A stretch of DNA of 34,025 nt from Gammaproteobacteria bacterium (GTDB taxonomy: Bacteria; Pseudomonadota; Gammaproteobacteria; UBA1113): positions 1 through 34,025 of the forward strand of contig JBIPMB010000002.1 in NCBI GenBank assembly GCA_044369355.1. Reading direction: 5' to 3'. Below, in pieces: positions 8,061 to 16,388 of this stretch. Both the position numbers and the translations under genes were made by a program. The notes beneath the pieces were generated by a model. That model searched no databases. It was not told the origin of the DNA and was given only the letters and a program-made list of their open reading frames with translations. Each line of letters opens with the position of its first letter. The first letter of the stretch is position 1.

Positions 8061-8915
8061 ATGAAACAAAAACTGATCGCTTATGCGAAATTGATGCGTT
8101 TACACAAACCGGTGGGAATTTTACTGCTGTTGTGGCCGACTTGGTGGGCTTTGTGGTTGGCGGCGCTGGGTCTGCCTACTTTCAAGAATTGGTTTATTTT
8201 TACCTTGGGCGTCATTGTGATGCGCAGTGCCGGCTGTGTGGTCAACGATTTGGCCGATAGAAATTTCGATGGTTTAGTAGCGAGAACGCGCGATAGGCCT
8301 TTAGTCACAGGCAGTGTTACGCCACTTGAAGCGTCGGTATTATTAGCTGTACTCTGCACCATCGGTTTAATCCTCGTATTATGTTTGAATTTAGCCGCGT
8401 TTTTATGGGCTTGCTTGGCCTTAGCTCTGGCTTTGATTTATCCTTTAACTAAGCGCTTTTTCCCTATGCCGCAAGCTATATTAGGTTTGGGTTGGTATTT
8501 AGCGATTCCCATGGCTTTTGTGGCACAAGCGAATAAAGTCAATGCAGTCACCTTGTGGTTGTATTTAGGTGCGGTGGCGTGGACCATTGCTTACGATACC
8601 TGGTATGCCATGGTGGATAGGGGCGATGATGTTAAAATCGGTATACGATCCAGTGCTATTTTATTTGGTCGTTATGATAGGTTGTGGGTAGGTATTTTTC
8701 AGCTCTTTACTTTAGGAGCGTGGTTTTACGTGGGGATCTTGGCGCAACTGAATTGGTTTTATTTTTTAGCCTGTGCTGTATGCGGCGGTTTTTTTGTGTA
8801 TCAACAGATTTTAACTTATAGCCGTGATCCCAAGCGTTGCTTTCAGGCTTTTTTAAATAATCAGTGGTTGGGGTTAGTGTTGTTTCTAGGAATTTTGGGT
8901 GGATTGCACCACTAA
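8061..8915 (+). CDS. ubiA: 4-hydroxybenzoate polyprenyltransferase (ubiquinone biosynthesis)
   Basis: UbiA prenyltransferase motif NDLADRNFD, a second Asp-rich region YAMVDRGDD, and a multi-TM protein of 284 aa. Confidence 0.9.
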   Translation: MKQKLIAYAKLMRLHKPVGILLLLWPTWWALWLAALGLPTFKNWFIFTLGVIVMRSAGCVVNDLADRNFDGLVARTRDRPLVTGSVTPLEASVLLAVLCTIGLILVLCLNLAAFLWACLALALALIYPLTKRFFPMPQAILGLGWYLAIPMAFVAQANKVNAVTLWLYLGAVAWTIAYDTWYAMVDRGDDVKIGIRSSAILFGRYDRLWVGIFQLFTLGAWFYVGILAQLNWFYFLACAVCGGFFVYQQILTYSRDPKRCFQAFLNNQWLGLVLFLGILGGLHH

Positions 8916-10322
8916 AATCTGCATGGTATTCGTCCCACCCAGCACGCCTATGTGCTGTCCTTTAGTGAGTATAACGGTATCACCCGCCGTTAAGAAATCA
9001 TGTTGTAGTAAATAATGCAATGCATTTCGATCTATGTGATCTAAATCTTCATGCACCATACTAAAATGTATAGGCACAACACCACGATATAAAGCCATTT
9101 TACGCAAGCTTTTCATATGCGGAGATAATCCTAAAATAACAATCCCAGATCGTATACGCGACATCCACAGCGTAGTAGCGCCGCTTTCTGTTAGACAGAC
9201 TATGGCTTTAGGTGATAAATGATTAGCCGTATACATCGCCGCCATGGCAATCGCTTCATCGGTGTACGAAAACTTTTTGTCTAAACGATGATGCGATACT
9301 AACGTTCTAGGATGTTGCTCTGCGCCCAAACAGATTCTAGACATGGCTTCGACTACACGCACGGGATCATCGCCATTAGATGTTTCAGCTGACAACATCA
9401 CGGCATCGGTGCCATCTAACACGGCATTGGCCACATCCATAACTTCTGCGCGCGTAGGAATGGGGCTGTGGATCATCGATTCCATCATTTGAGTAGCAGT
9501 GATAACAACTTTGTTTTTAGCGCGCGCCTGACTAATCAATTGTTTTTGTATGGCAGGTAGAGCGGCATCGCCTATTTCTACACCTAAATCGCCACGTGCT
9601 ACCATAATGGCATCGCTGGCTTCGATAATGCCGTCTATATGATCTAAAGCCTCGCGGCGTTCTATTTTGGCAATAACGGCAGCATGTCCTTTCATATCGG
9701 CAATATGTTTTCTAGCTGCTAGAATATCTTCGGCCGAACGCGGAAATGAAATGGCGATATAATCTACGTCTAAACTCAACGCAGTACGCATATCTTCCTT
9801 ATCTTTAGCGGTGAAGGATTCGGCTGATAAACCACCTCCTAAGCGATTAATGCCTTTGTGATCGGAAATAGTGCCGCCGCTTATGACTTGACACTGAATT
9901 TGGGCACCTTTTACTGCTAATACTTTGAAACTCAAGCGACCATCGTCTACCAATAAAGTATCATTAGCGACTACATCTTTTGGCAAATCTTTATAAGTCA
10001 GGCCTACGCTGTGCGCTGTACCTGCATCGTCAGCGAGTAATGCATCGAAGGTAAAGAGATCATTGTCTTTCAGGACTAGAGAGCCTTTTTTAAAACTGCC
10101 TATGCGGATCTTCGGCCCTTGTAAATCGGCAATGATGGAGATTATTTTTTTTTGTTCGGCGGCAATGCGGCGTATATGGGCTACGCGAGTGCTGTGATCG
10201 TCTGCAGTACCATGCGAGAAGTTTAAACGCACTGCGTCTACGCCCGCGGCGATTAAACGTGTTAATACGGTCAGATCATCAGTGGCTGGGCCTAAAGTGG
10301 CGATAATTTTAGTGCGACGCAT
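8886..10322 (-). CDS. pyk: Pyruvate kinase
   Basis: N-terminus MRRTKIIATLGPA, MVARGDLGVEI, the ATQMLESM-like ATQMMESM motif, and a length of 478 aa. It is the last gene of the tkt-gap-pgk-pyk array. Confidence 0.95.
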   Translation of the reverse strand: MRRTKIIATLGPATDDLTVLTRLIAAGVDAVRLNFSHGTADDHSTRVAHIRRIAAEQKKIISIIADLQGPKIRIGSFKKGSLVLKDNDLFTFDALLADDAGTAHSVGLTYKDLPKDVVANDTLLVDDGRLSFKVLAVKGAQIQCQVISGGTISDHKGINRLGGGLSAESFTAKDKEDMRTALSLDVDYIAISFPRSAEDILAARKHIADMKGHAAVIAKIERREALDHIDGIIEASDAIMVARGDLGVEIGDAALPAIQKQLISQARAKNKVVITATQMMESMIHSPIPTRAEVMDVANAVLDGTDAVMLSAETSNGDDPVRVVEAMSRICLGAEQHPRTLVSHHRLDKKFSYTDEAIAMAAMYTANHLSPKAIVCLTESGATTLWMSRIRSGIVILGLSPHMKSLRKMALYRGVVPIHFSMVHEDLDHIDRNALHYLLQHDFLTAGDTVILTKGQHIGVLGGTNTMQILVVQSTQNS

Positions 10323-10378
10323 AATTTATCCTTTTTAAACGCTGTTAAATTCAGGGATGAATATTATCACTCAACGCT

Positions 10379-10456
10379 GACTGGGTCCTGACCCGCGACA
10401 TCCCCGTCGTGCTCGTGCCTGCGCGCGCGGGGGCCCCTGTCGCAGGTCACCCAGTC
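10379..10456. repeat. GC-rich imperfect palindromic (REP/MITE-like) element in the pgk-pyk intergenic spacer
   Basis: Outer arms gactgggt / acccagtc, inner arms gcgaca / tgtcgc, and a central gcgcgcgc run with cccc/gggg tracts. The element is visibly GC-dense relative to the AT-rich flanks. Confidence 0.6.
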
Positions 10457-10502
10457 ATCCCTACCGCGCGTTGTATCCTCATCATTTAAAGAGAATTTGT
10501 TA

Positions 10503-11654
10503 TCACTCTTGCAACAATTCAATCGCGGGCAAACTCTTACCTTCTAGGTATTCCAAGAAAGCGCCGCCACCGGTAGAAATATAACTTATTTTATCGTTTA
10601 AATGATAATTTTCAATAGCAGATAGAGTTTCGCCACCACCGGCTAAACTAAAAGCAGAGCTAGCCGCAATGCTTTCTGCGATGCTTTTTGTGCCTGCCGC
10701 AAAAGGAGGGTATTCAAATACCCCTACAGGCCCATTCCAAACGATGGTGCGTGCCTTAGCAATGTAGGATTGATACAAGGCTATGGTCTTAGGGCCTATG
10801 TCTAAGATTTTATCTTCAGGCTTTATTTCATCTAAACTTTTAGTGATCGCTTTGGCTGTAGCCGATAATTCTGTAGCGACAACTACATCGACAGGCAATA
10901 AGATCTTGGGAGATAATAATTTTTTCGCTAGTGGTACTAAGTCAGGTTCATACAAAGAGCACCCCACGGCATGACCTAGAGCTGCTAAGAAAGTATTGGC
11001 TATACCACCGCCTACGATTAAGTGATCGACTTTGGTTAACAACGCTTCTAACACCGTTAATTTAGTTGAAACCTTAGCGCCACCTACAATGGCTAAAAAA
11101 GGTCTTTCTAGGGTGAGTAGGGCACGATCCAAGGCTTGAACTTCGGCACACAACAAAGGGCCAGCACAGGCTTCTTTTGCCTTAGTTAATGCGCCATAAG
11201 TAGAAGCTTGCGCGCGATGAGCGCACGCAAATGCATCCATTACATATACATCGCCTAGATCAGCCAATTGTTGGCTTAAAACCTCGTCGTTGGCTGTTTC
11301 GCCTAAACTAAAGCGTATGTTTTCGCACAGTGCAACTTGACCAGGACTGATTGTAAAACCATGATGCCAATCTTTGATTAAAGTGACATGGCGTTTTAAA
11401 TAATGACTAAGGCGCTCAGCTATAGGCGCCAACGTATAGGCTTCATCATAAACGCCTTCTTGAGGACGGCCCAGATGTGAAATTAAAATTACCGCAGCAC
11501 CTTTATCCAGTGCATATTTAATGGTTGGTAAAGCCGCTAAGATGCGTGCATCATTGACTATATGACCATCTTTCATGGGCACATTAAAATCTTCGCGTAT
11601 GACGACGCGTTTATTTTTAATGTCTAATTTTTCTAAGCTCTTCAATTCAGTCAT
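10503..11654 (-). CDS. pgk: Phosphoglycerate kinase
   Basis: Conserved PGK motifs (RVVIREDFNVP, SHLGRP, GGGD-like GGGIANTF). I prefer the ATG at 11654 (MTELKS...) because AAGGAAA lies 5 nt upstream and it clears the gap stop codon. The ORF track extends to 11675. Confidence 0.93.
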   Translation of the reverse strand: MTELKSLEKLDIKNKRVVIREDFNVPMKDGHIVNDARILAALPTIKYALDKGAAVILISHLGRPQEGVYDEAYTLAPIAERLSHYLKRHVTLIKDWHHGFTISPGQVALCENIRFSLGETANDEVLSQQLADLGDVYVMDAFACAHRAQASTYGALTKAKEACAGPLLCAEVQALDRALLTLERPFLAIVGGAKVSTKLTVLEALLTKVDHLIVGGGIANTFLAALGHAVGCSLYEPDLVPLAKKLLSPKILLPVDVVVATELSATAKAITKSLDEIKPEDKILDIGPKTIALYQSYIAKARTIVWNGPVGVFEYPPFAAGTKSIAESIAASSAFSLAGGGETLSAIENYHLNDKISYISTGGGAFLEYLEGKSLPAIELLQE

Positions 11655-11667
11655 GATTATTTCCTTG

Positions 11668-12675
11668 TTAAGCATTCATCATGGCAACGGAAGTATCCAA
11701 CATGCGGCAACAAAAACCCCATTCATTGTCATACCAAGCCAATACTTTAGCTTGTTGGCCTATAACACGCGTTTGTGTGGCATCAAAAATAGACGAGGCT
11801 GAAGAATGGTTAAAATCGATAGAAACTAAAGGTTCATCGTTGTACCACAAAATACCTTTGAGTGGTCCTTTAACAGAAGCTTCTTTCATCACCTGATTGA
11901 TTTCTTCTACGGTCGTGTTACGCTTGGCATTGAAAGTCAGATCGACTAAAGACACGTTGATAATAGGTACGCGTATGGCCAAGCCATCTAAACAACCTTT
12001 TAATTCTGGTAATACCAAACCAATAGCGGCGGCAGCACCCGTTTTAGTGGGGATTAGCGATGCGGCTGCGGCGCGAGCGCGATGTAAATCTTTATGGCCT
12101 GCATCCAACAAAGATTGGTCATTGGTCATAGCGTGAATGGTGGTCATCAAACCTTGCTCTATGCCTATGCTATCGTGCAAAACTTTGACCACGGGCGCTA
12201 AGCAATTGGTAGTGCAAGAAGCGTTAGAAACGATGGTATCTGTTTTCTTTAAGACTTGATGGTTAACACCATACACAATGGTCGCATCGGCATTTTTGGC
12301 TGGTGCTGAAATTAAAACTTTACGTGCACCCGCTGTTAGATGTTGTGCTGCCATATCGCGGTCAGTAAAGTGGCCGGTACATTCGTAAACGACGTCGATA
12401 TTCAATTCTTTCCATGGTAATTCGCTGGCATTTTTATTCGCTAGGCAAATAATTTTGTGGCCATTCACTACCAGTTGTTCCCCTTCGATGCGCACCTCTG
12501 CGGCAAAACGACCGTGGGTGGAATCGTAACGCAGCAAATGCGCGTTAGTTTCTATGGGGCTGGTGTCGTTGATAGCGACCACGACGATGTCATTTTCTTT
12601 CTTCATTTCATAAATAGCACGCAAACAATTGCGACCGATGCGACCAAAGCCATTAATAGCGATACGTAGTGTCAT
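11668..12675 (-). CDS. gap: Glyceraldehyde-3-phosphate dehydrogenase
   Basis: [12 protein letters not shown]-binding motif, active site [20 protein letters not shown]; GGAGGA Shine-Dalgarno sequence. Its ATG overlaps the tkt stop (TAATG). Confidence 0.96.
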   Translation of the reverse strand: MTLRIAINGFGRIGRNCLRAIYEMKKENDIVVVAINDTSPIETNAHLLRYDSTHGRFAAEVRIEGEQLVVNGHKIICLANKNASELPWKELNIDVVYECTGHFTDRDMAAQHLTAGARKVLISAPAKNADATIVYGVNHQVLKKTDTIVSNASCTTNCLAPVVKVLHDSIGIEQGLMTTIHAMTNDQSLLDAGHKDLHRARAAAASLIPTKTGAAAAIGLVLPELKGCLDGLAIRVPIINVSLVDLTFNAKRNTTVEEINQVMKEASVKGPLKGILWYNDEPLVSIDFNHSSASSIFDATQTRVIGQQAKVLAWYDNEWGFCCRMLDTSVAMMNA

Positions 12676-14681
12676 TATAATTCCTCCGACAATAAAAGAT
12701 TAATTTGAGCGATAATATTATCCGTGGTAAATCCAAAGTATTTAAAGGCGTCTGCTGCGGGTGCGGATACACCGAATTCGTCTAATCCTAAGACCCGCCC
12801 TTTTAATCCTACATAACGATACCAAAATGCACTGGCGCCCGCTTCTATGGCCAGGCGACGCAATACCTTGCGTGGCAATACACTTTCTTTGTATTCAGCG
12901 CTTTGTGCTTCGAAGTAATCGGCTGAAGGCATGGAAACAACGCGCACGCTGACGCCTTGTTGCTTTAATGTTTTAGCGGCGTTGACGGCTAAAATAACTT
13001 CTGAACCAGTGGCGATTAAAATCACCGAAGGAAAAGCACTGCTGTCGAAAACAACATAAGCCCCGCGTTCTACCTTGGCTAATGTTTCGGGGCTACGTTC
13101 TAGAGAGGGCAGTGCTTGTCTGGATAACAACAAACTGGTAGGCCCATCTTTGCGTTGCAAAGCCATTTTCCATGCTACTGCCGTTTCGACTTCATCTGCA
13201 GGACGCCAGGTGGACATATGCGGCGTAATGCGCAACATGGTTGCGTGTTCAACGGGTTGATGCGTAGGGCCATCTTCGCCTAAGCCTAAGGAATCGTGCG
13301 TATAAACGTAAATGACTTGCTGACGCATCAGGGCAGATAAACGCACTGCATTACGTGCATAATCTAAAAACGTTAAAAAAGTGCCTACATAGGGAATAAA
13401 ACCACCGTGCAAGGCAAGGCCATTGGCAATGGCGCTCATGGCAAATTCGCGTACGCCAAAATGGATATAATTTCCAGCAGGTTTTTCGGCCGTTAAAATA
13501 GTGCTGCCTTGCCACCACGTTAAATTCGATTCGGTTAAATCAGCTGAACCGCCTATTAAACTAGGCCACAATGGGCCATAGGCATTGAGCGCATTTAAAG
13601 ATGCTTTACGCGTAGCAACTTTATTAGCGTTTTCTTGGCAAGCGTGTATATAGGCATCGCTTTGTTCTGACCAATGGGCATTCGGCGTTTTATGATAGCG
13701 TTGAGTCAATTCTTTGGCTTCAGTTGTAAATTCTTTTTCATACAAAGACCAGAGGTCTTGCCATTCTTTTTGCAAGCGATCACCTTGAGGGCGCGCATCC
13801 CAGGCTTGATACAGTTCTTCAGGGATTACAAAAGGGGCATAAGACCACCGCAGCTTTTCACGGGCCAAGGCAATTTCTTCGGCGCCTAAAGGCGCGCCGT
13901 GTGCTTTGGCGGTGTTGGCCAAACGCGGGGCACCAAAACCTATCGTAGTTCTACAACAGATTAAAGTAGGTTTATCTTTTTCGGCTTGCGCTTCGAGTAT
14001 GGCGCGGTGTATAGCCGCGGGATTGTGACCGTCTACGTCGGGGATCACATGCCAATGATAAGCCTCGAAACGACGCGGTGTGTCATCACGAAACCAATCG
14101 TGTACCGGGCCATCAATAGAAATACTGTTGTCATCCCAAAAAGCAATCAACTTGCCTAAACCCAAGGCTCCCGCCAAGGAAGAGGCTTCGTGCGAAATGC
14201 CTTCCATCAAACAGCCATCGCCTAGAAATACATAAGTATGATGATCGATGAGATTAAACCCAGGGCGATTATAGATACTGGCTAAATTCTTTTCAGCTAA
14301 GGCCATACCGACGGCATTGGCCAAACCTTGACCTAAAGGGCCCGTAGTGGTTTCCACACCGGGTGTTAAGCCATGTTCAGGATGTCCAGGGGTTTTGGAA
14401 TGCAATTGACGGAAGGCTTTTAGATCATCAATAGTGAGGTCATAACCTGTTAAATGTAATAAAGCATATTGCAGCATGGAGCCATGGCCGTTGGACAGCA
14501 CAAAACGGTCACGATTTAACCAATTTGGGTCGCTAGGGTTGTGTTTTAGGAAGTCTTTCCATAATACAGTGGCGATATCGGCCATGCCCATAGGCATACC
14601 GGGGTGTCCAGATTGGGCTTTTTCCACGGCATCCATACTGAGGGCGCGAATGGCATTGGCCATTTTATCATACGATATCAT
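12675..14681 (-). CDS. tkt: Transketolase
   Basis: [21 protein letters not shown], ThDP motif [29 protein letters not shown]. The ORF track start at 14711 is a TTG. The ATG at 14681 ([12 protein letters not shown]) matches typical Tkt N-termini. Confidence 0.95.
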   Translation of the reverse strand: MISYDKMANAIRALSMDAVEKAQSGHPGMPMGMADIATVLWKDFLKHNPSDPNWLNRDRFVLSNGHGSMLQYALLHLTGYDLTIDDLKAFRQLHSKTPGHPEHGLTPGVETTTGPLGQGLANAVGMALAEKNLASIYNRPGFNLIDHHTYVFLGDGCLMEGISHEASSLAGALGLGKLIAFWDDNSISIDGPVHDWFRDDTPRRFEAYHWHVIPDVDGHNPAAIHRAILEAQAEKDKPTLICCRTTIGFGAPRLANTAKAHGAPLGAEEIALAREKLRWSYAPFVIPEELYQAWDARPQGDRLQKEWQDLWSLYEKEFTTEAKELTQRYHKTPNAHWSEQSDAYIHACQENANKVATRKASLNALNAYGPLWPSLIGGSADLTESNLTWWQGSTILTAEKPAGNYIHFGVREFAMSAIANGLALHGGFIPYVGTFLTFLDYARNAVRLSALMRQQVIYVYTHDSLGLGEDGPTHQPVEHATMLRITPHMSTWRPADEVETAVAWKMALQRKDGPTSLLLSRQALPSLERSPETLAKVERGAYVVFDSSAFPSVILIATGSEVILAVNAAKTLKQQGVSVRVVSMPSADYFEAQSAEYKESVLPRKVLRRLAIEAGASAFWYRYVGLKGRVLGLDEFGVSAPAADAFKYFGFTTDNIIAQINLLLSEEL

Positions 14682-14813
14682 GGTAGGGTTGCTCCGGTTA
14701 CTTGCATGCAATCATTGTCGCTTATTTGGGGTTTAGATTCAAGGTTGGTTAAGAAATAGATGATACTGCCAGTCTAATCGAATTTTCCATGAACCTTGTG
14801 GAGAATGTAACGA

Positions 14814-14874
14814 AACTTATCGGGAACATATTCCTGTTTAGTCTAACTCAAAAGGAATATGTTCCCGATAAGTT
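14814..14874. promoter_or_regulatory. Perfect 21-bp inverted repeat with a 19-nt loop in the tkt upstream region (operator or bidirectional terminator candidate)
   Basis: aacttatcgggaacatattcc (14814-14834) is the exact reverse complement of ggaatatgttcccgataagtt (14854-14874). Confidence 0.5.
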
Positions 14875-14959
14875 AAGTTTATTAGGATAATGATGCGGAG
14901 CTGTCATACCGTGGTATGGCTGATGAAAGAAGCCGTCAGTTTTGCATTTCGTCCTAAAT

Positions 14960-15025
14960 TTGTCTATAATTGGGGGGCAATTTTAGACAAACTTGTCCAA
15001 AATTGGGGGGCAATTTTAGACATTT
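14960..15025 (+). repeat. Two tandem 33-bp units, each an internal palindrome TTGTCyAwAATTG-GGGGG-CAATTTTAGACA, ending 15 nt before the ATPase GTG start
   Basis: aattggggggcaattttagaca occurs at 14968-14989 and again at 15001-15022. A related third copy lies at 25101-25132 on the opposite strand. Confidence 0.85.
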
Positions 15026-15040
15026 TAAGGCGGATTTATC

Positions 15041-16381
15041 GTGAAGCGATTGATATTTAAGACATTATTAGCCTGGGCTAGGGCGGATAAACATGACCCT
15101 TTGTTGCTCAGGGGCGCCAGACAAGTGGGTAAAACCTATATTGTGGAACAATTTGCACGTCAATATTTCCCCCATTTTGTGAATATTAACTTTGAATTGC
15201 AGCCGGAATTTAAGGCTTGTTTTAATCGTTTAGATCCACACGCTATTATCACCAGCATCGCAGCCTTAAAGCGACAGGCCATCGTGCCAAATGAAACCTT
15301 ATTGTTCCTAGATGAGATCCAACAATGCCCACAAGCGATCGTAGCCTTGCGTTATTTTAAGGAAAATATGCCGCAGTTACATGTGATTGGCGCGGGATCT
15401 TTATTAGAATTTACCTTAAACGATGAAAACCTACAAATGCCCGTAGGCCGTATACAATCACTCTATGTTAAACCTTTGTCATTTAGAGAATTCCTAATGG
15501 CCAATGGTTATGATCAAATCATCGATGTGTTAATGCAAGCAACGTTGCAAACGGGAGTTCCCGATGCCATTCATCAAGAGCTAGAGCGCTGTTTAAGAGA
15601 ATATTTTGTTTTAGGAGGAATGCCGGAAGTCGTGGCAGATTACCTGCAAAAGAAAGACTTAATCCAAAGCCAGATGAAACAGACTTCATTACTGAATATC
15701 TATCGCAGTGACTTTGGAAAATATGCTAAACAGACAAAACATAAATACATGCAGGTTCTATTTGACAAAGTGCCTGGACTCATTGGAACGCAAATTCAAT
15801 TCCAAAAAATAGATGCAGATGTGCATTCGCGTGAGCTCAAAGAGGCGCTAGGCTATTTGTGCAATGCGGGCATTATACATTGTGTTTATCACAGCAGTGC
15901 GTCTGGTTTGCCGTTAAAAAGTTTAATCAATGAGAAGAAATTTAAATTGATCTTTCTAGACATAGGTTTGATTAACGCTAGTGGATATTTAGATCCTTAT
16001 TTGATGCTCAATGAAAATTTAATGATGGCGAATCGCGGCGCATTGGCAGAACAATTTGTAGGTCAAGAATTACTAGCTTGTGCTGCCGATTATCTACCTG
16101 GAGAGTTATTTTATTGGCAGCGTGAAAAAACAGGCAGTATGGCGGAAGTAGATTATGTTATTAATGTGGATTCACAGATTGTTCCTATAGAAGTGAAATC
16201 TGGAAAAACGGGAACTTTGAGATCTTTACAGGTGTTTTTAGATGAAAAGAAACTGCCTTTTGGAGTGCGGCTCTCTTTAAAACCATTGGAATTTCATAAC
16301 CGAATATTATCTGTGCCATTGTATATGATCGAAGAATTGCCTAGGTTGGTAAGAGAATTGCGGCAATCTATTCATCAATAG
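15041..16381 (+). CDS. AAA+ ATPase of the COG1373 / DUF4143 family
   Basis: Walker A LLLRGARQVGKT, Walker B-like LLFLDEIQ, a C-terminal region typical of DUF4143 (EVDYVI...IPIEVKSG, PD-(D/E)xK-like), and a GTG start. Confidence 0.75.
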   Translation: MKRLIFKTLLAWARADKHDPLLLRGARQVGKTYIVEQFARQYFPHFVNINFELQPEFKACFNRLDPHAIITSIAALKRQAIVPNETLLFLDEIQQCPQAIVALRYFKENMPQLHVIGAGSLLEFTLNDENLQMPVGRIQSLYVKPLSFREFLMANGYDQIIDVLMQATLQTGVPDAIHQELERCLREYFVLGGMPEVVADYLQKKDLIQSQMKQTSLLNIYRSDFGKYAKQTKHKYMQVLFDKVPGLIGTQIQFQKIDADVHSRELKEALGYLCNAGIIHCVYHSSASGLPLKSLINEKKFKLIFLDIGLINASGYLDPYLMLNENLMMANRGALAEQFVGQELLACAADYLPGELFYWQREKTGSMAEVDYVINVDSQIVPIEVKSGKTGTLRSLQVFLDEKKLPFGVRLSLKPLEFHNRILSVPLYMIEELPRLVRELRQSIHQ

Positions 16382-16388
16382 CGCTATG

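Noticed and set aside
10323-10502. The structured GC-rich pgk-pyk spacer considered as a tRNA or small RNA gene
   Set aside because: I can draw no cloverleaf and see no T-loop (GTTCRANYC) or anticodon-arm geometry. It is better explained as a palindromic REP-like element, although an sRNA cannot be excluded without expression data.
14682-14711. TTG-initiated 10-aa extension of tkt; the 7-aa extension of pgk at 11655-11675 was treated similarly
   Set aside because: The downstream ATG codons give N-termini that match conserved family starts. For pgk, the downstream ATG also has an AAGGAAA Shine-Dalgarno sequence and avoids overlapping the gap stop.
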